From the NCBI RefSeq assembly GCF_964204645.1, contig NC_134030.1, forward strand, positions 18,188,210 through 18,252,209: a DNA stretch of 64,000 nucleotides. Reading direction: 5' to 3'. Both the position numbers and the translations under genes were made by a program. Shown piece after piece: positions 23,364-36,535 of this stretch. Every line of letters begins with the position of its first letter. Within the stretch, counting starts at the first letter, position 1. Below the pieces are notes generated by a model. The model searched no databases. It worked only from the letters and a program-made list of their open reading frames with translations, and had not been told where the DNA came from. Source of the DNA: Tubulanus polymorphus (taxonomy: Eukaryota; Animalia; Nemertea).

Positions 23364-25928
23364 TTACAATAATAAATGCAGGAAAGCTTGTCGGATTTCA
23401 ATATAAGCATTTTTTCCTAAGTCATGTTCTGTTTCCATTGAACTTCTTGACAACTCTTGGAACACTGGTAGATCTGCTTCATCTATGGGACATGGAGTTA
23501 AGGGCACCATAACTCTCTCGTGATCATCCAAGTTAGCTGCCATTAGTTCCTAAATGAAAGAGAATATAATTGGCACACATCATTTTGAGCTCAAAACTTG
23601 TATTACCAATTTATACAGAATATGATTATAAATAAATTAACTGAAAAATTATTCTACTGAAAAAGTTGTGCATGTGTTTTTTTTTTCGCTTACCAAATGA
23701 TCACCAACAGGAGGGCTGCCTTGGTTTTCACCTCTTAACCATAATTGAAGCGGTGACTGACCCACTGTTCTGACCTTATGACATATCCAGGCATCAATAA
23801 AGCGATTAATGCTGTTTTGTAGGCGGGGTAGAAAAACCATGTGCAAAACATACAGGTCAACGTCATTGTCTGCTATCAGTAAACCTTCTTCTTCTAGTGA
23901 ATGAAATAAATTATAGAAGGTAGATGTGCAGAGAGAATACACATCGCGCCAAAGTCTTTCTATCCGTTGATTGTGGACACTGCAGCCAGTAATAAAATGC
24001 CCAGGGCCTCTGTCAGGATGTGCAATTATGTAATCAGCAATTAAGACATTTTCTCCACCGTGGTCTGATCTAACTTTCTGGGGTAGCCCATATCTTTCGA
24101 CTGCATTTTTGAAACTCCTAAAAACTGTATCTGCTCTATTGTTGTTGCTACATCTCATAAAGACAGGAATCCGAGAAAATCCATCAATTCCCCCATGAAT
24201 TACTATACGCCATCTGAAAATTCAATAAATGTTATCTTTCAATGATATTGTTCATACAATGTATTACTAATATCCATGTAACAATAATGCTTTCTTAATT
24301 ATTGTTTGAAATACACATGAACTTCTCGTCAAAGGCTAAATATCGTGAAATCATTTTGGATAGAATACTTCATTTTGATATTTTTCAAATACATCGAGGA
24401 AATATTAAGTGTAAGTGACAAAAATCTATACCTAATCAACTTATGATTGCCATCTACATGCCATATAAAATTTGGCCCTGGAACCCAATATTCTCTTCTC
24501 TTCAGTGTTTTCCGTTTCCTCTCATCGATTCCATCTGGGTCGACCCGTCTTAACGACTCCCTTATCCGGTCACGCTGAACTCTAAGGCCTAAACTTTGTA
24601 TGTGGCCAGCATGTAGCTTTTCTCCCCAATTAGGATGAATGGCTACAGCATCTGCCACGATGTCATCAAGAATATCATCTGCAAATAGAAAAATTATGCT
24701 TTATTTGCTAGTAAGAAATACAGTAGACTCCGCCTAAACCAGTACAGTTGGGACTTTAATTTTTTCCACCGAATTAGGCGTTTACCGGTTTAAAGAAATG
24801 CGAAAACCAATGTAGCTGTATTCAGATATCATAGGTGATTTACAAGACCTTACCCACCTGATAATTTATCTGACATATTAGAGACGCGAAGTCCAAATTC
24901 CATAACACGTTGAGCAATAGTTCTTTCACAAACATTGAACATAATGCCAATCTCTTTATAAGTGAATGTATGTAGAATAAGATATTCAAGACTTTGATAT
25001 GGTATCTCTCTTTTAGGTCTTCCACGAACCATTGCTGAAATTTAATTATCTAGCATCAGATTAATAGGAAGAGAAGACATACGAGTATGACTAAAGGGAG
25101 CATCTCAAAATTTCGATAGTTACTTCAATTAGAATAACTGTCTAATTCTTTCTAACCCCCCACCCCACCCTTTCAAAGTTGGAACTATTGATTTTCTAAT
25201 GAGAAACCACAGACAAAGATAAAACATTCTAACGAGTGTATTTCGCAATTATCACAACTTTTAATTGAAAAATAAAATAGCAAAATTACAAGTGAAAAAC
25301 CTATTAAAGCCTAATAGACTTTTATAAACAAAATAAAATACATCTAAAATATCAACAGCATCTAAACGAGAGACGGTTCAATTCAATGTTATCTTTATTG
25401 CACCACAATAAATCGATAGTTCGGCAGTGGTGATGAATCCGCGGGAGGCCTTTACCCCCCCCCCCATCCCCTTCCGCGAGTTATTCTAATTGAAGTAACT
25501 ATCAACATTTTGAGATGCTCCCTAACTGAATATAATCAAGCAATCTCATCTCATTATTGGCCATTGCCTCAAATTGTTGAGCAAGAAATAATTTCAATAT
25601 TATGACATACCAACTTCTCGTGGAACTGGATTTTTGCACTTGTCTATCAGTAAGACTCTGTCGCCAAGATTGTGGACTCCTAATTCCACAAGCTGTTCAT
25701 GAGAAATATGCTTTACGATATCAATATTTACCTACAACAAAATGGTTAAAAATAAAACAATACTTTTATCTAGCGGTAATATTATCATTTGAATTGGTAA
25801 TATCCCATGATCCAGGAACCCATACACTCTCTGATATTCGGACTACTACTACTACTACTACTTACATTTTCTTCTTGAAATCTTTCGATTAGATGGTGTA
25901 GATTAAGTTCTGAGAGTACGACATTCAT
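23364..25928 (-). CDS. SAM-HTH-integrase-core (rve) DDE transposase, 437 aa, intact
   Basis: Exons 25928-25866, 25731-25611, 25034-24858, 24678-24432, 24213-23694, 23549-23364 (1314 nt, no stops). GRP+HTH (KEIGIMFNVCERTI), WHVDGNHKL (D), HGGIDGFSR, VRSDHGGEN (D), NQRIERLWRD (E). Confidence 0.92.
25095..25523. mobile_element. MITE in transposase intron 2 (possibly Harbinger-like)
   Basis: ~45-bp TIR AGGGAGCATCTCAAAAT(T/G)T(C/T)GATAGTTACTTCAATTAGAATAACT at both ends. Confidence 0.75.
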
Positions 25929-28900
25929 TGTATTGGAATTTGCGCGGAATTTGCCATTTGAGCTCAGACCACTATTCCAAAATCTTCTATATCCTATAGT
26001 AAAAACAAGAAATTCAAACGTTTAGTTCACATATAAGCGCGTAAATTCAGGGGAAATCCTGCGTATGCCTCATAGGCCAGCATCTTAGCTACGCATTTAA
26101 GTGGTTTTCGCCCCATGTACCCAACCTAACTTTTGAAATAATCAAACCTTTAGAAAGGAGGGGTATCCCAGTACAGGTATGCCAGTACATCCGAGCCAAA
26201 TATCTAAGGGAATCCCCCACCGGGTTTGGTACCCTTACTCCAAGCAAAAAAAGTCCAGGGAATCCCTTATTTCATCATCAATCTGTCTCTCAGGACCAAT
26301 GGATTTCATACATATAACCGAAATTCGTTACCTATCCCATTTGCAGAATTATGGCAACATTTATGGAGGACCTCTTTTTCATTTTAGGTACCTAATTGTG
26401 GTCTGATGCCATTTGCTCAACAAGCAATGGGGAATGGACCATGGGGAATCCCTGAGTGTTGCGTCGAAAAGAGCGATATGATTCAATTAAATTCTAACTT
26501 TATTGAATATATAATACCGTGGCGCCACCATACGGTGAACTATGGAACCTTCACGTAAATAAGCTACGTCGTTACAAACTACCCACGTCGCAGCGAAATA
26601 GATGCGATGAAAAGTAGACACGTCGCAAATATACTACGGTGCAGCAATTATCCTACGTCGGAGAAAATATACACCGACGCAAATATACTACGGCGCAGCA
26701 ATTATCCTACGTCGTAACAATGGTCATGTTTATTGCATGAATCGCGTTCCATAACTTCTGTATATGGATTCTGACGGTGATGGTTCGAGGTACTATCATC
26801 ACCCCTCCCTTCCCATGATAGTAGACCGAGCTATGCCCGCCAATCTACGACCAAATTCGGTTTTTTGAAATATTATACAGTGTAATTGTGTAACTGAATT
26901 TAAGCCTAGATGAAATACAGTATAACTGAATTATAGTGTAGATGAAATACAGTGTAACTGAAGCTAAGTGTATCAATTTAAATTCAATTTCAATTTCAAT
27001 TTATTTCAGAGTAAAGCGTAGCATTGTAGAGATTAAAAACAGTGAAACTGAATTGGTGTACCGTAGTTGAAATATAATTTGTAACTATATCGAGCAGAAA
27101 TACATTCAGTGGTGTACATGTAATTACTTTTTGCAAAATTATCAGTGGTATTTCTTTCATCCCTTAATCTTACATTGTATCACTGTATTTTGATTAAAAT
27201 ACAATGTAACGAGTTAACAGTTTAACTATATAACAATATATCTTAAGTTAAAAAATGTGCTTTTTATTTCATTTGAAACAGTTTTGTAAAACAAAAGATT
27301 TTTGGACTTAAGGACCACTTTGGACCACTTTCGGACTGGCCCCAAGCTGGTAAAGATGTGCTGCTAGAAATTGCTAATAATGTAACGTGATTATTTTATT
27401 CGCTTAAATAAAAAGAATTTATCTATAGAGATGTTCTTGTGTTAACTGCAGCTGGGGTAAAATGAAGTGAACAGCGTTTTCTGGTGGAGGATAAGTCACA
27501 AATTAAAAACAACCTACAATTTCTTTTAGAAATATTTTTTAGAGTTGATTCCATATTTTTCTGAGTTTAAAAAATGGATAAATATTCTAATATATAAAGC
27601 ATTAGTATTCAATTCTCAAATCAATTTGATGGATTCAAAAAATTTATAAATTTTATGCATGGTGGAGAATGGATTGATTTTAGTAGAAACCCGCAGTTTA
27701 TAGAGGGAAGATTGACATATGTAATTCACTGATCTCAGTGAAACGCGACACTTGGTTGTTCGGCCATTATTGTCTTACGTGACGCTGTACCATTCACCAC
27801 GAAGTTACCGCAGTGTTGGTTACACTAGAATCTTAGAGCGCCGCAGATCTCTCTGTGGAGACAACCTCACTGCCAGGACTGGGTGTAGATTGTACCATAG
27901 ATCTGTTTTACCACCGGTACGTATATCTTCACATCTAGAGGTGTTTGTTCATCTTCTGCAAAATCAGACAAAATATCTATACTTACCCTTTGTGAATATG
28001 TAAGATCAACTAAATACAAGATGTAACTTGATAAAGGTGAGTTATTGAGGTTTTAATTTCTACTGCATGTGTTAGAAATATCCTCTCTTCTAGAAAGCGC
28101 TGCTACAAACACTCTGAAAATGTCTTATTCCAGGTAATTGTCACAGACTAGTTTTAGAAGTAAAGGCTATCTTAACATGAAAGTGAAACTCTGCATGATC
28201 AGGATTAGAGGGCGGTGATGAAATATCAAAATATGTCTGTCACAGGGATGGACAGAGACTGCTCATCTATTGGTTAAACACATTAGAAATGAACTACATT
28301 GTACATTGTAGGTATTGTACATACTACAATGTTCTTGTATCGAGTCAAATCCTGACGGCAATTTTTTCAGATGAGCTCTTCTTTCCTCAGGATCTGGATG
28401 CTGCCAATACGAGCTGACGAAACCAACCCGACCGGATAGATAGGTGGTGAGTAGATGACCAGATCATAAAGTGTTATATGTATCGAGTAAGATTAAAAGT
28501 TCTAATGGTGATCGTTACGTTTTTATTTCAGATCCAGCTCTTCTTCCTCAGGACCTGATTGCTGTCAATCAGTGCTGACTAAACCAACGGATACTAAATT
28601 AGTTGACTTCACACCTTCCTCACTTCTTCGGGACCTGATTGCTGTCATACTGGGCGTATTAACTGCAGTTTAAATGTGCACGGTCCGATAGAAGATGACT
28701 CCCGTGGAAAAGATAATCCAGAAACTGCTCACATTAATTCGGTGAGCAGACATTTTAACTGTTTGTGGTATATAGGAAACACTTCATCAATGATACAACG
28801 CAACTATTTGACTAGGTTTAAATCACGTTTCAACCACGTTTTTCAAAACGGTTGTTTATTTGATTCCCAGAGAAGCTTCAACTGTTTTCAAACGCTTAAG

Positions 28901-31732
28901 TTTGTAGGGAGCCGAAAGTCAGGATATCACCTACCTGAAGATGAGCAAGGTTTACTAAACACAAGCCAACGCAAATCAAGGCGTCCAGTGAGAAGTACGG
29001 ATATTAGAACGTGTGGTTTTATAACGCGCTTTGTGTCAAACTAGTTTGTTTATCGGTATTTTCAATACAATTCAGGTGAATATATATTTTATTTCTTGTG
29101 TTTAGAGGTTACATTTCAAATTATGAGCTACCTCAAGTAATTTGAATAATAAGGTAGAAAAAAGAATTATAGAATTCAAGCTTTGAATTCCAGGAGGTTA
29201 AGATAAGAATGAAAATAATTCTGTTATACTAATATTTGAATTGTACACCATTCGACCAATAATGAAATTATATTTAACTAATATGAAGAAGTAAAAATTT
29301 TGTGCCAGAATTTTTATCGTCCTCCAAAAATATCGCAAGTACATGTAATAAATTGATAAATCTATAGTGTAATAAATCGATAATATATAAGCGATTGCAG
29401 TCAATGTAATTTATCACTGACTGCTGTAACTGCCATAAACCTGACGTTTAGTGATGTAGGTTGATTCTTACCAGTTGTTGCCACAACAACAAGTTATGAA
29501 ATAATCTTTGAGAAAGTCTTAACGAGTTATTTTTTGTTGAATTCAAACAGAATGAGACGTGTTTGTCTCCACTGTTTTAGGCAGTATTTTCAGTGACGAT
29601 TCCATTCGATCTTTCATCAAGGTCGACAATATACATAGTTTGTATCAGTATGCTATACTTTCAATAAAATCAGTTAATTATAATTATAAATGTTATCTAT
29701 CTTACTTTTCTGTGGATGAATTTGTTTCGAAGGATATACGTAAATAAAATGATGAATGCGAGCGGAATCAATCAGATCTGAACCTTGTCATCTTTAAGGT
29801 ACGCGGATTACAAAGATAAGTGGGGTTCGAACCTATTGTCGCCGGATCAGAGAACATATCTAGACTCGCATCTAGACTGGTTACCGGTCTCTATCTTCAA
29901 TTCCATATTGAATCGTAGACTGGTCGCCTGTCCAATTCTGCGCCACCTGCATTCGCAGTCTAACTGAAGGTAAACTGGTCGCCTGTCCAATTCTGCGCCA
30001 CCTGCATTCGCAGTCAGAATAGGACAGGTTTAACCCGTCCGCCATCTTCCGCGGAATATACGGATCCAATCAGATTTCAGTATTTCATCACGTGAACAAT
30101 GTAAACATGGCCGCCTCCAGAGTGTCTCAATTTACGTTCCATGGACCGCTTTAAAGTCGATTTTTACACCAATGAAGAAAGAGACTCGACCAAAATTATC
30201 AGGTAACGCTTCTGCGAGCACCTGTACTACGTGTGGCTTCGAAAATATCGGTATACAATTCAAGATGTATCTGTTACAGCGCCGTCAAAATCTACCCTGC
30301 TCGAAGGAACGGTCGTCAATCGACAACAACAACGAACTTGAGATGGATGGAAAAACCAATCTCCACTGACTGACGTACTGAACTGAACCAGCCATGCAGC
30401 AGAGGCCACGACACCGGCAATTTGTCAGTTCACTTCTGATGATTGATTGATTATTCTGAATGTGACACTGGGCATTAGCAGTCAATTTCAGTGTGGGGAA
30501 AATATCATACGACAGGTAACTTCACTTACTTCACTTCAATGACAATGTCTTTTAAAACTTGTGAACAGTAAATGAATACTTATTTACAAATGTTCTGTTG
30601 ATTGTCTATTGTAGGTCATTGTGTGTGTTCTGATGAAGATTTTCTGAGATACAACTCAGAATTTCTTAAGAATTAGAAGTTATACGTATTAAATTGAATG
30701 GGCTCAACATGCACAGAATGAATTGTCGTTGTATCATGGTAAGTTTGAAAAATGGATGAGACCTGCATTGAAAAGTCAATCCAGGTTTAATTGTTGGTGA
30801 TATGTGTATTGATTCAATTTCAGAAAGTAACGTCAATCACGAATCAAAGAGATAAACGAATCCAGCACTAATCATCATGAAATTAGATTCCAAATAACGA
30901 TGAAACTCCTTGATTCTGATACAGTGATGAGGTTTCAAGAGCTGGAATTTATGAATAACTACACGAGTGAGCATGGATTTAGGCCTACTGTATGGTCAAA
31001 ACTTGGTCTTAATGATTCGAGTTAAGTTAGAGATATCAGTGTCATTCTGTTGTCACACAATTTGCAATGTCACAAAATACGTATCGTCTTGTCAGGCTGT
31101 CTGTATATTGAATTAGATTTTGTACTAGAAGTGGACAATAAATATAGAATGGCAGTAATAGAGGTTTTCTTGATGGATTTTATACTCAATTTCTAGCAAA
31201 GATCATGTTGGTCCATGAGGAGAGGAAAATATTGCGAATATCGAGATGATCTGCATTATTGGTCTTACCCAAGTCTGTCCCAACTCACTGTCTGTATCGA
31301 GAATATAATTGGGGATGCTGCGGTGGATTCAAATATCTGATCTCACAAAGCGCTGACAAGGAGTTCAACTATTCTAAACTTTATTCAGACTTTAGTGATT
31401 TTCACATCATAAACACAACAATTCACTGAATATATTCCACATACGGTTGATAAAGAAGGCATGACCCCCTTCGGCCAAGTTCCTTCAGAATGACTATCGC
31501 AGCTGAGCCCTTTTTCTTACCTACAAAATGAATAAGTATCAATTCAGTTGTCTGTTAGTGTTTGAATAGCACAGCGTTAGAGAGTTATTTTTAGCTACAT
31601 CTGTAAGCTAAAGGTCATCTGACCTCACTCATAAACCCGGAAGTCTAGCAAACAATCATGCCAGTCACTGTAGAATGAAGTAAACCTTATCGCATATACT
31701 TACAAAATAAGGTATTTTTGGTAATTTATATA

Positions 31733-33558
31733 ATGGGAAATGACAGAAATAAACTTTGTTGTTATGGATTGTGCAATAACGATGGTCGTTACCCAGACAG
31801 ACCAGCGATGCAAGGAGTTTTTTTCATAAACTTTCCGAAACCGAAAACTCAACTTGACAAATGCAAGCGATGGATACAGTGCTGTGGTCGACCTCATGAT
31901 CAGTTCAATGTGACTAAGATTTCAAAAAACACGTTCATATGCAGCAAACATTTTGTTGGGGGAGAGGGGCCAACTTCAGATCACCCTGATCCAATACCAG
32001 CAACAGCAACTACTGACCAGGTAAAGTACTCTTATTATTATGAAAATATAAGTACATAAACTGGGCCTCTATTGTTCTCATAAATGGCAAATGATAAGTA
32101 GAAATCGTTAGCAATGAATTCTTAACATTTCAAAAAAATAATAATTAACTTCTGATTATCATATTATTATTCAAGGTGGAAAAATTCTGTCGCAAACGTC
32201 GCAAGGCCCCTACACCTCGTGGATCAAGTACTCCGACGAGTAAAAGGAAACGACTAAATGATGAACGAGATGCTGCTTTAAGTCTCCTAGATTTGAGTTC
32301 TATTATAACAACCCAATCTGAAATTAATGACGCTGAAGTTTCAGCCCAAGAGTTTTTGGATTCATCGGTAAATTTCTAATATAGGGCCTATCCTATTTAC
32401 CTAAGTAACTTCATATGCATGACTGATTTTAATGGGCAAAAACTTTCTGAATTCCAGATTAAGACTGTGGGTGCGCAGACAGATCCTGTTTCATGCAGAC
32501 CTTGCGTTGAAAGGAATGAAATTGGAGTTCAGACTATTTATTCAAAATATGAACTGCAATCAAAAATTAGCACTATAGTTATGAAAAATAACCTCAATAT
32601 TTCTCAACCATCAAATTTATTTGTTGAGGATAATCAACCATCGTTGAGTCTTCAAAAACTGAAAGAAGACGACAAGAAAATGAAATATTTCACTGGGCTG
32701 ACGTATCTTCAGTTTGAGGCTCTTTTCAACTTCCTTGGACCAAGCGTCAATAATCTCAGATACTGGAATCGCTCTTACAAATGTGACAAAAGTCCGATGA
32801 CTTCGATGCGCAGGACAAAACCTATGGACGAACTATTTATAACATTAGTGCGATTACGACGAGGCTTTTACTTTCATACGATGTCATTCCTTTTCAAATT
32901 ATCCGAATTCAGCCTGCGGTCAATATTTACAACATGGTTACAATTTCTTTACTGTCATTTTAATGATATGCGTTCTGTTATGTTTCCTGACCGTACCGTT
33001 CTCCGTCGTTTTCTACCAAAATCGTTTAAGGGATTCAAGAATGTAAGATGCAGTGTCGACTGTACTGAATTCTTCTGTGAAATGCCTCGAGACTTCACTA
33101 GACAAGGAAATTTATATTCCAACTACAAGCACCATCACACATTTAAGTGTCTTATTGCTGTGGCCCCAAATGGAACAGCTGTATTTGTTTCCAAGTTATT
33201 TGAAGGCGCAGTGAGCGATCGAGAAATATTTGAAAAATGTGGGATTCTTGATTATTTAAATCCGGGTGATCTCCTCTTGGTGGATAGGGGATTCACTGTA
33301 CAGGATCTATTGCTCTCTAGACAAGTTGATATGAATATCCCACCATTTTTACAGGGTAGAGATAAACTGACACCACAGGAAGAATTGTTGACAAGAAAAA
33401 TAGCAAAATCTAGGATTCATGTTGAACGGTTCAATGAAAGAATGAAAAAATTTAGATTAATATCCGGTGTTATGCCACTTAGTATGACACCCTAAGCCAC
33501 CCAAGCTGTATTTGTTGCCTGTTGTCTTGTCAATTTCCAAGAACAGCTAGCAATATAG
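31733..33558 (+). pseudogene. THAP + HTH + DDE_Tnp_4 (Harbinger/ISL2EU) transposase
   Basis: Exons 31733-32020 (THAP: CCYGLC...FP...W...ICSKHF), 32176-32367, 32458-33558 (VDCTE, YSNYK, VDRGF, RIHVER). TAA at 33493-33495 precedes a conserved-looking tail ATQAVFVACCLVNFQ that ends at TAG 33556-33558. Confidence 0.88.
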
Positions 33559-33729
33559 AAATTGTACAATATAAATATGTATATATCACGTAAAATTTTT
33601 ATTTCATACATTTTAATGCAATTAACAAATCTGAAATACATGTATATTCAAAATATAAATGTACAATATATGTTGAGAATATACAAAATGAAATTATTAT
33701 ATGAATACATGCATTTATGTTCATTTATT

Positions 33730-35788
33730 TCAGCTCAGGATAAATGGGATTAGATTTCTAGGCACTCTCATTTCAAATATTTCTGGAGCAATGACAACAT
33801 TCCATAATTTCAAATTTTTTTCCATGATATCATTAATCAATTGGATATCGGGATAAATCTTTTCAACTGATGGTGGTCCTTTTGATGACCAGAGAACAAA
33901 ATCACACCATTTGAATCCAGTAACACCTAACTGATACTGGATTTGATGGTAATATTGATGGGAGTGTTTTAGCATTAACTTATCATTTTGGATTTTAAAA
34001 CACGCTGACTGAAGAATCTTACTCTTGATGCTTCCATTCTCGTAATTCCTAACAAGATCTTCTACAGAAATACTTTCCAGAATCTTGAGGATCTTTATTT
34101 CGATTAACCCATAATTATTATTTTGTGAATCATAAACTAACCCGTCGGGACTACAGGCTAGTTGAGGGTAAGTGCCGGATACCCATAGCCCTGTCTTTGA
34201 GACCACGTAATGAGGATTAACGGAAGCGTAATCCAATCTGGCTTGATCTTCGAAGTCAATGCCTCTTTGCATGTAGCTAGTTGTTATCTGATCCAAATTC
34301 CAAATTTTCTTTTTGATGAAATTTGATACCCGTCGCAAGACAGCAGAAGACCAGCCACAGTGCGTGCTTGCGTCCCATATCATGACCGCTTCTTTGGCCG
34401 TCGAAGCTGTCATTCTCATATATCTATGGGAAATCCATGTTTCGGTAACTGATTGGTCCTCTGTATTGTCTATCATTATGGAATGTAAATTTTCTAATTT
34501 TCCTGAGGGGGACAGGTTGTACTTCAATTGGCACAATAACTGGTGAAGTGTGTCTCGCCTGTCATCTGTCAAAAGGTAATCATTGTACTTATGAATAAGT
34601 ACAGTTTCCCACATACATTTGACATTTTTAGCCTGATTTGCCTTTTGTAAATCGCGCAGAAATCCGTTAATTGCTTCATCCGAAACAATCCGTTGATTTA
34701 GAGGGCGTGGATCGAAGTTAATGACCGCATTTTTGCGAGTTGATTTCGTCGACTTATAAATGGCTTCATTAATACAAGATGGTCGTTTTTTTCTGCCTTT
34801 TTTCCACTGACATGGTAGGTCAGTACACGCCGGGCTGTTTTGTCCAACATAATCCGTAAGATTAAGTAGTAATGCAGCAATATGACTGCACCTACTTGAA
34901 GCTGATGCTTTACAGTGACAACTGGCATCACGGACAGCCCCACTTGCCATTGATAAGGTCACAGTAACACTATATTCAATGTCTTTCATTGATGCCTGTA
35001 TAGTGGCTTTATAATGACAAACATCGCCTGATACCTTCACTTTGATCGGACTCACATTGTCTGATGACACATACTGACGTCCCCTTCGTAGTGACTTTTC
35101 AGTCACAATCCCTGTAAGGTTGCCATCATCATCATCATCCCCATCATCGCAAACACCAGTAACAGACAATGTTGGCATGGATTCCACTAACCAGTGGTAA
35201 GTATGTCCATAATTGAATAGTGGTGGAAGTTCTAAATTAAAATCTTTCCATCCAGTAATCGGCAGAATCGTAAAATGTCGCATTGGAGTCTGTTGACTCG
35301 TTAAATCACTCAATTTTTTTCGTACCATTTTCCTTTGTCTATCTTGACATCAATTTCAACCCCCATGGCTAACGCTTCTTTGCACCTGAAAACAGAAGAT
35401 ATCAAAAACAAGTTTTAACAACCGTTTTATATTTCATTTATGAATGTGTAAAATATTTTGGAAGGAAATTTGTTCAAAATGTTTCTAATCAGTGGATGCT
35501 CTGAATGAATATTTCAGTATAGGCCTATACCTCCTATCACTCCAAACTAAGTTATAAAACCCATCACTTTCTTCAAGTGTGATGGAATAGATAATAATGA
35601 GATATATCATCAAAATATGTAAAAAGTACTTACCGCTGGATAAGGTCTGCTCTTCTACCACTCAATCTGAGGCCTCTACATTCTAACCAGCGTTTTAACT
35701 GAACATTGGTGTGTTGCTCTATCTCTGCAGATAGTTTAGCACCCGGTACGTCATCTTCAGTTAATTTGATAATTTGAATTGAAGCCAT
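33730..35788 (-). pseudogene. SAP - SWIM - YqaJ (lambda-exonuclease-like) accessory protein
   Basis: Exon 35788-35634 is a SAP domain (QLKRWLECRGLRLSGRRADLIQR). Exon from 35385 needs a +1 shift in the A7 run at 35314-35320 to join the 532-aa ORF. SWIM (CHCKAS...CSHIAALL); YqaJ (RMTAS, GIDFE, SPDGL, IEIK, YYHQIQ). Confidence 0.87.
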
Positions 35789-36177
35789 TTTTAGTAATTA
35801 AATCGATTGTTCGTATGTGTACACTATAGAAATACTATGTCTTGCAGTGAAAGTTTGCCAGACATCCGGGAACTGCAACACACGTGTGTACTTTAGCACT
35901 GGGTAGTGACGTAGCTCTAACGCTGCGCTATTGTAAAATTCCATTGAACTTAAGATGAGATATTTTAGATATTTTGCAAGATTAACTGAAAGTGTATTTC
36001 CTTGCCAAATGAAATTGAAGATGCTGAAATTCTAAAATTTCTGACTTAAACATTTTTAAAGTATTATAGAAATTAATCTTTTTTTTTTGTTTTTTTCACA
36101 GTTATCAAAGAGGATAAAATGAAGAGTGAAAGTATTGATGATTTTAATTTAAATCGAAGATATTTCTGCGATACTAC

Positions 36178-36535
36178 AAGGCCTGCAGTTAGTTTGATTT
36201 AATGAGTTAATTATTTTCTTCTACCTAAAACAACTAACAGTTAACAGCCATTTTAATTCAAAATATCATAGATAATAAACTTTAATAAATTCTTATCGAA
36301 ATTTATAATTGATAAATAATTCCAATAAACTTAAAAAATATTTCAGAGCATGTAGTTTTAGCGAACTCAAATTTTTCTGAATTTAAATTTGAAAACTTTA
36401 TTATTTCTAAATCAATTGAGATGATAACTAATTCAAATCAAATAATTATTAAATCAAACTGGGGGTTTTGAACTTTTAATATTGTTTGAATAATTTAAAG
36501 AATAATTAACTTAAATCAAACTTACTGCAGGCCTT
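36178..36535. mobile_element. AT-rich MITE
   Basis: ~25-bp TIR AAGGCCTGCAGT(T/A)AGTTTGATTTAA. Confidence 0.65.

Larger units (their letters stand above)
16944..26753 (-). mobile_element. IS3EU-type DNA transposon carrying an integrase-like transposase and a HECT E3 ligase
   Basis: ~297-bp apparently perfect TIRs (16944-17240 / 26457-26753) with termini TATGGAACGCG...CGCGTTCCATA, fitting TAY..RTA. Internal repeat CGACGTAGGATAATTGCTGC(G/A)CCGTAGTATATTTGCG occurs twice per TIR. The transposase is rve-type DDE. No 6-bp TSD (ACCAGT vs ACTTCT). Confidence 0.9.
31568..35929 (+). mobile_element. ISL2EU (PHIS group) DNA transposon
   Basis: 15-bp TIR AGCACAGCGTTAGAG / CTCTAACGCTGCGCT (1 mismatch), AT TSD at 31566-67 and 35930-31. 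Contains a THAP-DDE gene and a convergent YqaJ nuclease gene, the known ISL2EU layout. Confidence 0.88.

Noticed and set aside
16944-26753. LTR retrotransposon or Polinton (integrase core present)
   Set aside because: No RT, gag, polB or capsid; the repeats are inverted and the genes are intron-rich.
15975-27720. Diverged ~60-bp direct repeat at ~15980-16040 and ~27660-27716 as the boundary of a larger element
   Set aside because: Short and degenerate, with no TSD or terminal motif; more likely old repeat or duplication remnants.
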